From a bacterium (lineage in GTDB: Bacteria; Electryoneota; Electryoneia; Electryoneales; Electryoneaceae), in assembly GCA_963669175.1 (NCBI GenBank), contig OY769902.1:480001-544000 (forward strand): 64,000 bases of DNA, written 5' to 3'. Both the position numbers and the translations under genes were made by a program. Position 1 is the first letter of the stretch, and the number at the start of each line of letters is the position of its first letter. Positions 8,130 to 17,858 of this stretch are shown one piece after another. The notes beneath the pieces were generated by a model that made no database searches, was not told where the DNA came from, and saw nothing but the letters and a program-made list of their open reading frames with translations.

Positions 8130-11100
8130 AGTTGACCAAACTCGCGCTGGACAACCGCCCTTTCACCCTGATGGTTCTCATCCTGCTGCTGTTGTTCGGT
8201 TTGACGCAGTTTGCACGGATGCCGCGTAGTGAAGACCCGTTTATCAAGGTGCCGTTTGCCCATGTCTCTATCGTACTGCCCGGCGCCTCACCGGAAGACA
8301 TGGAAAACCTGGTTCTTGATCCACTGGATGAGCTGGTGCGTGGCATTGAGGAAGTCAAACACACGGACGGGACAGCGCTGGATGGAGTGGCATCCCTGCT
8401 GGTGGAATTCGAACCGGGCCACGACCGTGACGAACTAGTCAGCGAAGTGGAAGACAAGCTGACCGAAGCGCAACGCAGTTTTCCTGAAGGTGTGGTTCGC
8501 GCCGAGGTCGTCGCTCAATCGACTTTGAGTGTCTATTTCCTGCAGCTCGCATTGATTTCTGATCGTCCCCTGCGTGACATGCAGCGTTATGCAGAAGATC
8601 TCGAAACCCAGCTCGAACGAATCCCGGATATCAGCAAGACCGATATTTTCGGGAATCGTGCGGAAGAGATCCGTGTCGCGGTGAACTCTGACAAGCTGGC
8701 AGAGTTAAAAATACCATTAACGCGTATCGTGGATGCGATCCAGTCCGCAGGCGCAAACATACCCGGCGGCAGTGTGCAGGTGGGCGACAAGAAAATGAAT
8801 GTCCTCACCACCGGCGATTTTGAATCCCTGAAACAGATTGAGCAGGTTGTCGTTGCCGGGTCCATGGACAGCCCGGTGTACCTGAAAGAAGTCGCTGATG
8901 TCAGGTACGATTACGAAGACCGGATGCACATGGTGCGTGTCCAGGGCAAAGATGCTCTCCTGATCGCCGTACAGATGAAGGAAGGCCGCAACATCTTCCA
9001 GGCTATGCGACGCGTTCATAAAGTGGTGGACAAATTCGAAACGGATCTGCCTCCTGATATTCAACTGGAGTGGGTGTTTGACCAGTCACAGGGCGTACGC
9101 CACCGTCTCAACGATTTTTACATCAACCTGGCCCAGGGCATTTTCCTTGTCGGGCTGGTGATGACCCTTGCGCTCGGTTTACGGCCCTCGATTATCGTCA
9201 TGACCGCGATTCCTCTGTCATTCACTATCGCAATCGGTTTCGTCGCGTCCTTTGGATTCGCCATACAGCAGATGACCATCGCCGCCATGATCATTGCGCT
9301 CGGTTTGCTGGTGGACAACGGGATTGTAGTCACGGAAAACATTAACAGTTTCCTGATCCGTGGGAAAAGCAGGAGTATTGCGGCGCGTGAAGGCGCGTCC
9401 CAGGTTGGCGGCGCGGTTACGGCTGCGACAGTCACCACCATGCTGGCATTTGTTCCTATCGCCATGATGGCGGACGTATCCGGCGATTTTATCCGTTCCA
9501 TGCCGGTTTCAGTGATGCTGATCCTTGCGGCGTCCCTGCTGGTGGCCCTGACTTTCAGCCCGATGGCGGCGACACGCCTGATGCGTCCGATGCCAATGGA
9601 GAAACAACCCTTCCTGACCCGGAAACTGTATACACTGGTTGGAGGGCCGTATTTGCGGTTGTTGAAACGCAGCCTGAATCACCGTTGGCTGGTGCTTGGC
9701 TTTGCTACACTCGCCCTGATCGGTTCAATTGCCCTGTTTCCCTTCGTGGGTGTCTCTTTCTTCCCGAAGGCTGATAAACCCATGTTCATCGTGAATGTCG
9801 AGCTGCCGAAGGGATCATCTCTTGACGCCACAGACCGCGCCATCCGTTTTGCGGAGCAGACCCTCCTGCAACATGATGAAGTGGATATAGTCAGCGCCAA
9901 TGTAGGCCGTGGACAGCCGCGTTTTTTCTACAACGTAATCGCTCGCAACGAACGCTCCCACTTCGGACAAATCCTGGTCACAACCCATCAGAATATCTTT
10001 GGGCAGGAACTGACGCCGGTAGTGAATTCTCTACGTAGCGAACTGGCAGAATACCCGAGCGCCAGGATTGATGTGGTTGAGATCGAACAGGGACCACATG
10101 TCGGCAGCCCGATAGAGGTCCGTGTGTACAGCGACGACAAGGATCTCCTCGAAGAAGTCTCTCACACCATTGAAGATGCCATTGTTGATGTTCCCGGCAC
10201 AGTCAATGTGGACAATCCGTATGCCACCAACGCGACCAATGTCCGTGTGAAAATCAATCGTGACAAAGCGGCCCTGCTTGGTGTTCCCCTGCATCAGATT
10301 GACAAAATTGTTCGAACTGCGGTTGCGGGCTGGAAAGCAGCCGAATACCGTGACGCGCGTGGTGAAGAATACCCGGTTATGGTACGTCTTCCCGCCGGAG
10401 AGCAGGCCGGTATGGATGATTTCATGAACATCTACATCCCCACCGCGTCCGGAGAACAAACACCGCTGAACGAGATTGCAAATATCAAGCTGGAATCAGG
10501 GCACAGCCTGGTTCAACGGCGTGACGGGCAACGGATGGTGTCCATCGGCTGCCAGACAACCGGACGTTCCACCGCTGCTGTCGAAAAAGATGTGCAGGCG
10601 GCTCTGTTGGGACTGGATCTGCCGGACGGAATCACGCTGGAGTTCGGCGGTGAATCGGAATCACGTGGCGACAGTTTCAGCAGCATGTACAGCGCCACCA
10701 TCATTGCCATGGTGGGGATTTATGCTGTGCTGGTGCTGATGTTCCGCAGTTATCGTCAACCGCTGGTCATTTATGCCGCGCTGCCACTGGCCTTCATCGG
10801 GTCCATCCTGGCGCTGTTTATCACGGGTAACACGTTCAGCTTTACCGCGTTTGTCGGGTTGACCTCGCTTGTAGGGATTGTCGTGAACAACTCGATTCTG
10901 CTGGTGGACATGACCAACCAGAACCGGAAAGCAGGACTGGAGCGACGTGAAGCGATCCTTCAGGCCGGTACCAGCCGCTTTGTACCGATTGTCCTGACCA
11001 CGTTGACAACCATTTTCGGCTTGTTGCCCCTGACCTTGCGTGGTAGCGCATTATGGGGGCCGATGGGGTGGGTGATCATTGGTGGTTTGCTGACCAGTAC

Positions 11101-11179
11101 CGTGCTCACACTGGTGGTTGTGCCGATCCTCTACGAACTGATCAGCAAGGACTCGTTCGGAGAAGTTGAACCGGAATAG
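8126..11179 (+). CDS. RND efflux transporter permease (AcrB/AcrD/AcrF family)
   Basis: 1017 aa; PGASPE, ALGLLVDNGIVVTENI, GIVVNNSILLVD, RFVPIVLT motifs. Confidence 0.95.
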   Translation: MKLTKLALDNRPFTLMVLILLLLFGLTQFARMPRSEDPFIKVPFAHVSIVLPGASPEDMENLVLDPLDELVRGIEEVKHTDGTALDGVASLLVEFEPGHDRDELVSEVEDKLTEAQRSFPEGVVRAEVVAQSTLSVYFLQLALISDRPLRDMQRYAEDLETQLERIPDISKTDIFGNRAEEIRVAVNSDKLAELKIPLTRIVDAIQSAGANIPGGSVQVGDKKMNVLTTGDFESLKQIEQVVVAGSMDSPVYLKEVADVRYDYEDRMHMVRVQGKDALLIAVQMKEGRNIFQAMRRVHKVVDKFETDLPPDIQLEWVFDQSQGVRHRLNDFYINLAQGIFLVGLVMTLALGLRPSIIVMTAIPLSFTIAIGFVASFGFAIQQMTIAAMIIALGLLVDNGIVVTENINSFLIRGKSRSIAAREGASQVGGAVTAATVTTMLAFVPIAMMADVSGDFIRSMPVSVMLILAASLLVALTFSPMAATRLMRPMPMEKQPFLTRKLYTLVGGPYLRLLKRSLNHRWLVLGFATLALIGSIALFPFVGVSFFPKADKPMFIVNVELPKGSSLDATDRAIRFAEQTLLQHDEVDIVSANVGRGQPRFFYNVIARNERSHFGQILVTTHQNIFGQELTPVVNSLRSELAEYPSARIDVVEIEQGPHVGSPIEVRVYSDDKDLLEEVSHTIEDAIVDVPGTVNVDNPYATNATNVRVKINRDKAALLGVPLHQIDKIVRTAVAGWKAAEYRDARGEEYPVMVRLPAGEQAGMDDFMNIYIPTASGEQTPLNEIANIKLESGHSLVQRRDGQRMVSIGCQTTGRSTAAVEKDVQAALLGLDLPDGITLEFGGESESRGDSFSSMYSATIIAMVGIYAVLVLMFRSYRQPLVIYAALPLAFIGSILALFITGNTFSFTAFVGLTSLVGIVVNNSILLVDMTNQNRKAGLERREAILQAGTSRFVPIVLTTLTTIFGLLPLTLRGSALWGPMGWVIIGGLLTSTVLTLVVVPILYELISKDSFGEVEPE

Positions 11180-11241
11180 GTTGCTGATCGCGAAGTAGCT
11201 TCAGATCACTATGTCAGCGATGAAGCGATAACTTGAAAAAC

Positions 11242-11271
11242 CGTAGCCCGAAATGCGCATTTCGGGCTACG
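11242..11271. terminator. Perfect 14-bp-stem hairpin between convergent genes (bidirectional terminator or GTAG-type REP)
   Basis: CGTAGCCCGAAATG-CG-CATTTCGGGCTACG flanked by A runs. Confidence 0.7.
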
Positions 11272-11300
11272 AAAAATGACACAAGTAACCTTGAACAAAA

Positions 11301-11545
11301 CTACTTCACCAGTACCATCCGCTTCATATCGGTAAATGAACCTGCTTCGATCCGGTAGAAGTACATCCCGCTGGCCAGTGCGCTCGCGTCGAAGGTGACA
11401 CTGTGCGTTCCCGCCTGCATCGGACGATCCACCAACTGCGCCACTTCCTGCCCCATGATGTTGTACACCGATAGCTTGACCGTCTCCGGACGCATCAGGT
11501 CAAAGCTCAATGTCGTAGTCGGGTTGAAGGGGTTCGGGAAGTGTT
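11301..11545 (-). pseudogene. Orphan T9SS/Por-type C-terminal sorting domain lacking passenger and signal peptide
   Basis: FPNPFNPTTTLSFDL...VYNIMGQEV...ASGMYFYRI...KRMVLVK*; the upstream in-frame sequence is AT-rich and non-coding-like. Confidence 0.7.
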
Positions 11546-11756
11546 TGAAGCAAGGCAAAAAAGAGAAGGGTAGAAATTTTAGAAAATCAAGAGGATGATG
11601 GCGACTATTTTCAACAAAAGCTAACACAATATGTTACAAGGGCAAAAACTACCGTCTGTCCCTAGTTTCGTCGATCGTCAGCAAAATCAAGGTTTTCTGC
11701 ATGAGAAAAATCTCCTATATTGAGATGTTGATCAACACCCCGTGTGTTGATCTGTT

Positions 11757-11798
11757 GGGCCGTGCGGGACGAGCTGCGAACTTGAACCCGCACGGCCG
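11757..11798. terminator. Hairpin downstream of the 11820-15053 gene
   Basis: GGCCGTGCGGG...CCCGCACGGCC 11-bp stem. Confidence 0.55.
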
Positions 11799-11819
11799 CT
11801 CTTTTAAAACTGTACCACT

Positions 11820-14800
11820 CTACTTCACCAATACCACACGTGTGTGCTTGATCTCCTTTCCCGCGTGGACTTCAAGGAAATACATTCCTGACGCCAGGTT
11901 GCAAGCGTCATAGCTGAGCTGATGGTATCCTGCAGACAGCACAGGATATCGCTGGCTGAATGCTTCCTGCCCAATGATGTTGTACAATCTAATGGACACA
12001 TCGGCTCGCACAGGAAGAGCCAGGTGAATATGCTGGACTGAATTGAATGGGTTGGGATAGGGTGAAAAGATTTTGAAAGCTTCCGGTAACTCTGAAGGCT
12101 GCTCCAATACCCACAGGGGATACGTATAACTTTCTCCATAAGGTCCGCCCCACAAGCCGATGTCGCTACGAGTACTGTCTGTATCAAACCAGTCGATTCC
12201 TGGATATCCGGCATCAATGAGAGGTGAGTTATCGTAAAGATGGTATGCCGAATCTGCAAAAAGGGGATCAACAATTAGATTGGTTTGATCAAGAGGACAA
12301 TCTATCACGGGCGTATCAACATTCCAGAACGCATTGTATTCCGTATGATAGGTTCGATCCTGTGATAGGTCTGAATGGATACCGGTATGACTATTCATAA
12401 AAACATTGTTTCGGATTACTGGGCTTGTTTCATCATCGTCCTCCCAGTTTCGAAGATAAATGCAGAGTTGAAAATTACTGAAGATATTATTTGAAATTGT
12501 ATCTGTAATTGATGCTGTTTGTATTGCAATTGTTGAATCTATATAGGTTCCTATGAATAAATTATTGAACACATTCATTCTCGCATAGTTAGCTATTACA
12601 AATGTCCTATATAATCCACATTCATAAAATATATTTTGAGCAAATACAGGACTTGCATTCCATTCCACAGTAGCACCACTAGTACCAGTTATAGTGTTTT
12701 TTTCTACATAGATGTTGCCTGTACCGATAGCGAATGCTTTCGACACAGGTGGAATTGAAAAATCTTCTAATAGACAATTTGTTACACTTGCATTCGAATT
12801 ATTAGTAATTTCTATCATAGTATACCCATAATTATCATATGAAGTTAAATAACAACTATCAATTAAAGCTAGTGCACCCGCTATTGATATTCTTGATGTG
12901 GAAGAATAATAATGCATGATGTTTGCTGTAGACTCATTAGTGACTTGAAGTCCCAAACTAGCATTATGTACAAGAATAAATCGAAAAGATGCATAAGCAT
13001 CTACACCATCAATACGTATTCGATTCCATCCTCGAAGAACACTCTCTTCAGTGCTCATTGTAAACTTGATTGAATCTTCTTCTGTTCCTTCCGCTATTAG
13101 CGTTCCTTGACATAATAAACTCAGACGCTGCTCTTCATCCTGTACATACCTGAACTGCAATTCACACCCCGGTTCGATGACCAAGCTGTCCCCTTCGGAA
13201 ACAACAATATCCTCAACCACGTAAAATGGGCTGTCTTCCACATGCAGAACCCCGCTGATCTCGCCTCGGAGTAGAGTACGCTGATCCACATCAACTATCA
13301 CGACCGAAGTGTCAGTTTGCCCTTCACCATCCTCCACGATCACCGTGAAGCTGAAATCCTCGGCCTCTTCGGGTACGGTTCCCGATACGGCTGTTGTATC
13401 ACCGACCCAGTCCAGTTCATCCTCTTCGGTCAACCACTCGGGCAAGTCCGGGAAGGTGAAGCTGAAGGGGCCGTTGTCATCAGTGGCAGTGATCCGGATA
13501 CGGAGCAGTTGCCCTGTCTGCGCGAAGACTTCTTCGGGGATGGTTTGTACGGGTGGGTTGTCGATAGTCTGATCGTAATAGAAGCACCCGATATCGGCAG
13601 GAGTGCCGTCGTGATCGTCAGGGCTGTCCGGATCACCTGCGTCGATGCAAGGGCTGTTGGCCTGCAACGTGTAGTCAAACGGTTCACCGCCGGCAAAAAT
13701 AGGATTGGTCAGCAGGTTGGTGTCATCCAAGTCCAGACCATCCGCCACTTCCGATACGGCATAGATGCAATTGTAGCTGATCTCGAGGGGAACCGGGTTG
13801 GATATGAACACGATTCCGGTGCAGTTGACATCATCGCCAAGTAGAATATTCTCAACTATTTCACCCTCATTATCCGACAGGTTCCGCAGCTCGAGTCCCG
13901 TATCACGGAAATAGACTGTATTGCCCTCAATCCGGCTGACCGGGGAAGTGTGTACCACGATCCCGGTTTGAAAGTTGATGATCAGGTTGTCAATGACATC
14001 GACCGGGCCGCATTGGCTGATCTCAATGCCGACACGGTTCTGCCCGATGGCGCCGGTTTCGATAACCTGGTTGTTTCGGATGGTTCCTGTAGCCATCCAC
14101 ATGTCGAGGTAGAGAAACGTGCTGTTCTCGATCAGTATATCGGCCCAACCACTCACGGCGAAACAACCGCTTTCATTGTGATGCCAGTACATCTCACCTG
14201 CACTCAAATCAGCCCTGGCGAGATGATTGTATCTGATTTCAACAGCTTCGCCACCGTACCTGGCAAGGTCCACATACAGGCTGAAGAACGAATTATTTTC
14301 AATGGAAGCGAGATTCTGCCCCGTATTCGGACATAGCCTCACCCAGACATCCGGACCGTCATTGTACCGGAGTACCCCGTTGTACAAGTGCAAATAAAGC
14401 AGTTGGCCCGGAATCAACGGAGCATGCTGGAAGATGTTGTATTCTACCGTATCCATTTGTACGCCAAAACTGGAAAAGATGACGGCGTTCAGCGCACGGA
14501 TACGGCTCTGCCGGATCACATTCTCGCCACGGTCGGACTCGATGCCGTTCAGGACGGAATCCATGACACAATAGTTGAATGCGATACGTGAATCTTCGTA
14601 TTCGAAGGGTGAGACAAATCCCCGGAAGGCAGCTCCCGCAGTGTGGAAGTATACCGAATCGCCTTCCTCCCCAGCCGCTTCCAGTGTGCCGAAGACGTAC
14701 ACCGGTGTACGTGTGGAGTCGGTCTGATCCTGAAAAATCACTTCTACTCCCGGTTCAATCAGGAGGGTTTCGCCTTCCGGGACGATCAGGGTGTCGGTGA

Positions 14801-15053
14801 CGAGGTAAGGGGAGCCCTCCACGTTCCACACACCAGAAACCTCACCGGAGACGATGGTTTCAGCGTGAATGGCTTGGGGAATTACAAGGGGTACAAAGGC
14901 CAGGGACAGGAGCAGCAGGAACAAGCATAAAACATCCTCTCTGAACCATTGCGGGGAAAATGGCGCATGGTGTTGGCATACCGTGTATCCAGCCTTACAC
15001 AACACGACTGCGGGGAGTGTGTTGCGCTGTAAAGGAAAGTTCATACGTGTCAT
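11820..15053 (-). CDS. Large secreted protein with two tandem beta-helix modules, an Ig-like linker and a T9SS/Por-type C-terminal domain
   Basis: AAGGAG RBS; hydrophobic signal ending AIHA; two GE.SGV...E.SP..V...I.V.EG..L.IEPG starts and two SP.IDAG.P..D.D.T..DIG ends; YPNPFN...ASGMYF...VLVK. Confidence 0.9.
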   Translation of the reverse strand: MTRMNFPLQRNTLPAVVLCKAGYTVCQHHAPFSPQWFREDVLCLFLLLLSLAFVPLVIPQAIHAETIVSGEVSGVWNVEGSPYLVTDTLIVPEGETLLIEPGVEVIFQDQTDSTRTPVYVFGTLEAAGEEGDSVYFHTAGAAFRGFVSPFEYEDSRIAFNYCVMDSVLNGIESDRGENVIRQSRIRALNAVIFSSFGVQMDTVEYNIFQHAPLIPGQLLYLHLYNGVLRYNDGPDVWVRLCPNTGQNLASIENNSFFSLYVDLARYGGEAVEIRYNHLARADLSAGEMYWHHNESGCFAVSGWADILIENSTFLYLDMWMATGTIRNNQVIETGAIGQNRVGIEISQCGPVDVIDNLIINFQTGIVVHTSPVSRIEGNTVYFRDTGLELRNLSDNEGEIVENILLGDDVNCTGIVFISNPVPLEISYNCIYAVSEVADGLDLDDTNLLTNPIFAGGEPFDYTLQANSPCIDAGDPDSPDDHDGTPADIGCFYYDQTIDNPPVQTIPEEVFAQTGQLLRIRITATDDNGPFSFTFPDLPEWLTEEDELDWVGDTTAVSGTVPEEAEDFSFTVIVEDGEGQTDTSVVIVDVDQRTLLRGEISGVLHVEDSPFYVVEDIVVSEGDSLVIEPGCELQFRYVQDEEQRLSLLCQGTLIAEGTEEDSIKFTMSTEESVLRGWNRIRIDGVDAYASFRFILVHNASLGLQVTNESTANIMHYYSSTSRISIAGALALIDSCYLTSYDNYGYTMIEITNNSNASVTNCLLEDFSIPPVSKAFAIGTGNIYVEKNTITGTSGATVEWNASPVFAQNIFYECGLYRTFVIANYARMNVFNNLFIGTYIDSTIAIQTASITDTISNNIFSNFQLCIYLRNWEDDDETSPVIRNNVFMNSHTGIHSDLSQDRTYHTEYNAFWNVDTPVIDCPLDQTNLIVDPLFADSAYHLYDNSPLIDAGYPGIDWFDTDSTRSDIGLWGGPYGESYTYPLWVLEQPSELPEAFKIFSPYPNPFNSVQHIHLALPVRADVSIRLYNIIGQEAFSQRYPVLSAGYHQLSYDACNLASGMYFLEVHAGKEIKHTRVVLVK

Positions 15054-15134
15054 AGGTACTCCTTTGCGCTACGATGAAAGAAACATACTACCGAAACAGA
15101 ATGGATGCAATAAGAAGCTATCTCTATAAAAAAA

Positions 15135-15466
15135 GGCTGTTCACAAGAATTTGTGCATATTATCGACGAGTACGTTTCGTCAGGTCTTGACGTGATGCCT
15201 TTTTCTTGTTCTTCTCCGCAATTTCAGACACCTGTCCGACTTCACAGCTGCTATTTCGCATGATAGATCGTCATCAGGCATCACATTGTGACCTGACGAC
15301 AGCGAGAGTGCTGATACCGGTGGCAGGTCACAACGCGACAATAACAGGACGAGAGGTGGTTTCAGTATCATATGCATTCAGAAATACATTGCGAAAGCCG
15401 AAAACGGAATGTCGCGTCAAGACCTGCCACAACTTTGCCCGGATGCACAAATTCTTGTGAGGAACC
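15135..15466 (+). mobile_element. MITE-like non-autonomous element, copy 1 (perfect 18-bp TIR core, imperfect to 24 bp)
   Basis: TCACAAGAATTTGTGCAT(15141)...ATGCACAAATTCTTGTGA(15460); near-identical inverted copy at 62267-62598; no credible ORF. Confidence 0.8.
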
Positions 15467-15684
15467 AAAAAAAAATATTTACAACTGGCTCAAAGGGAAA
15501 AATAAAAAGTCCGAAACGAGTCTGATCAGGCTTCTATTCATTACGAATAAGTTTGAGACTATATCGTAACACTTCAAAGTTGACAAGTTGGAAAGTTTCA
15601 AAGTTGTTGATTCTTTCTTCCTTTTCCCTCTGATACCCGACAGCAAGCAGTCGGGCCAAGCAACCGTGATAATTGTTATTCATG

Positions 15685-15716
15685 AAACAGGCCGGATGAA
15701 ATCACCCGGCCTGTTT
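15685..15716 (-). terminator. Intrinsic terminator of the methyltransferase/ATP-grasp gene
   Basis: AAACAGGCCGG-loop-CCGGCCTGTTT about 20 bp after the stop codon. Confidence 0.7.
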
Positions 15717-15736
15717 AACTTCTTCAACGAAATGTT

Positions 15737-17632
15737 CTACACCTTCACCCTTCTTTGCGCCGCGGTCAGGATCATTTCCAGCAGATCCTTGTAGGTTTTT
15801 CCGGCCATCTCGTTCATCAGGTTCAGCTTGCCATCCCAGCACCAGCCCGGGTTGGGATTGACCTCGAGCAATTTGGGCACACCATTACCGTCAAAACGGA
15901 AATCGAAACGCGCATAATCACGACACTCCAACCGTTCGAACAGTCGCGCGGAATAATCGTACAGCAACCGTTGTCGATCTTCCGGCCCGGCATACTCACG
16001 GTAGCGTATCTGTGTCCAATAGGGTGAATCCGGTTCCCATTTGGACTCATAGGACAGGATTTTCGGCAGATCCGGCGGCAATTCGCTGTAATCCACTTCC
16101 AGAATCGGCAGATAGGTATACCCGCAATCCGGGTTCCCGACAAGGGTCACACTGACTTCGGTTCCCTGCAGAAATTCCTGGATCAGGATCGCGCCGACAC
16201 CCAGTTCATTCTTGATGTAGGCGATCTGTTCAATGGCTTCTTCCGGCGAATTCACTACGGCGTTCATGTTGATACCGAAACTGCTGTCACCCTTGGCCGG
16301 TTTCAGCAGGGCCGGGTAAATCGCCGGGATGGTGCCGCCCATTTCCTGTTCGGTGATCAGGCTTTCCGCCGGAACGGGGACATCCACCGAGGTCGCAATG
16401 GCGCTTACCAGGTTTTTGTTATAACAGATTCCCAGGCAGGCCGGTCCGGCGCCCGTATACGGAACCTTCAGCATTTCCAGCATCGCCGGGACATGCAGCT
16501 CTTTCAGGGGGTCGTTCCAATACCCCTCATCACACAGGTTAAAAACAAATTCAGGCGGATTTGTGATCAGTTCCTGCAACAGGGATGTATGGTCATTCAT
16601 GTAGCTGAAGGAGTAGTCACCCAGCCCGGCAAGCGCCGATTTCAGCTTATCGACGGTAATAAAGTCTTCTTCGTTGAACTGCCCGTTCAGCTTGACTTCG
16701 TCCGGCAGGTGGGGGTCGCCCAGGAGAACGGTAACCTTGGGATACGGAACCGCGACCACCTTTTTCCGGGTACGTTTGGGCTTGTTGACAGCCGTGACCC
16801 AGATCCGGTGCTCCATCATGCCCAGGTCCTGGTTCCGTTCCGATTGGGTAGCGTGGCCGCCATTGAAACGTACCTGCTCGAACCCGTTATGCAGGAGCAG
16901 TTCAGCGATGGACGCTTCATCATAGAGACGTTCCGCGTAGAACTGGTCGGCTATCACACCTTTTTCTGCATCGACGATCACTTCACGGCTGATCAGACGG
17001 CTGTCGGTGGTAAGCTCACGTTCCCGGCAGACAAACTGGTCCTTGTCGATCCATTCCCAGGAACGTCTCTGGAAATTGTCACGCAACCAGGCGCCGTTCG
17101 CCAGGTCAAGCAGCAGCGTTCCCCCGGCACGCAACACGGTCCTGACACGTTTCAACACGGCCGCGTCGTCGGTGGCCATGTCGAAATAGCCGAACGAGTT
17201 CCCCAGCACCAGCACCACATCGAAGCTGTTTTCCGGGAAACGCAACTTGCGCGCGTCGCCTTCATGGAACTTTCCGGCCAGACTTTCACGTTGTGCGCGT
17301 TGTTTCGCCAAGCGGATCAGGTAACGCGAACGATCCACACCCGTAACCAGCTTGTAACCGCGCCGCAACAGTTCCAGCGAGTGACGCCCCTGCCCGCAAC
17401 AGAGATCGAGAATGCGGTCACCACGCACCGCGCCTGTGTTCCGGAGAATGAAATCGATCTCTTCCCCGGTAATCCGGTTGTCTTCCACCACATCGGCGTC
17501 GGTTTTCAGATACAGGGCGTTAAACAGTGTTTTCCACCATTCGGGGGGCAGGTGGTTCTCCAACTCGGTCAACGGACCAAGAGTGCGCGGGTGGACACTG
17601 CGTTCCAGCTCCGCACGTTTTTTAGAGGCCAT
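15737..17632 (-). CDS. Class I SAM methyltransferase fused to a D-Ala-D-Ala-ligase-like ATP-grasp domain
   Basis: N-terminal ILDLCCGQGRH, GVDRS, GDAR, GNSFGYF; C-terminal PYTG, LKPAKGDSSFGI, QEFL.G.E, YESKW, YARFDFR, LEVNPNPG. Confidence 0.85.
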   Translation of the reverse strand: MASKKRAELERSVHPRTLGPLTELENHLPPEWWKTLFNALYLKTDADVVEDNRITGEEIDFILRNTGAVRGDRILDLCCGQGRHSLELLRRGYKLVTGVDRSRYLIRLAKQRAQRESLAGKFHEGDARKLRFPENSFDVVLVLGNSFGYFDMATDDAAVLKRVRTVLRAGGTLLLDLANGAWLRDNFQRRSWEWIDKDQFVCRERELTTDSRLISREVIVDAEKGVIADQFYAERLYDEASIAELLLHNGFEQVRFNGGHATQSERNQDLGMMEHRIWVTAVNKPKRTRKKVVAVPYPKVTVLLGDPHLPDEVKLNGQFNEEDFITVDKLKSALAGLGDYSFSYMNDHTSLLQELITNPPEFVFNLCDEGYWNDPLKELHVPAMLEMLKVPYTGAGPACLGICYNKNLVSAIATSVDVPVPAESLITEQEMGGTIPAIYPALLKPAKGDSSFGINMNAVVNSPEEAIEQIAYIKNELGVGAILIQEFLQGTEVSVTLVGNPDCGYTYLPILEVDYSELPPDLPKILSYESKWEPDSPYWTQIRYREYAGPEDRQRLLYDYSARLFERLECRDYARFDFRFDGNGVPKLLEVNPNPGWCWDGKLNLMNEMAGKTYKDLLEMILTAAQRRVKV

Positions 17633-17858
17633 GTCTCTTCTTTCACATGAGCGCCCGCTCCCTCGGGAGCGGGCGGAAATCGTGCCCTACAGCACGGATA
17701 CTCAAATGTACGAACTATTGAAAAATAATGGATGGCACTGAAGAGAGTCACGGAGCATTTCAATACATATAACATACATTATGACAACAAGTTAGCACTG
17801 GATTCACAAGGAAATATTTTCAATCTTTTTTACAAGACGGGATGTTGCTTTGATTATT

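Noticed and set aside
11820-15053. Diversity-generating retroelement target
   Set aside because: No reverse transcriptase and no template/variable repeat pair differing at adenines was seen.
15180-15460. Small ORFs repeated at 62103-62527 as duplicated genes
   Set aside because: They are translations of the MITE-like repeat; stops differ between copies and there is no RBS or recognisable domain.
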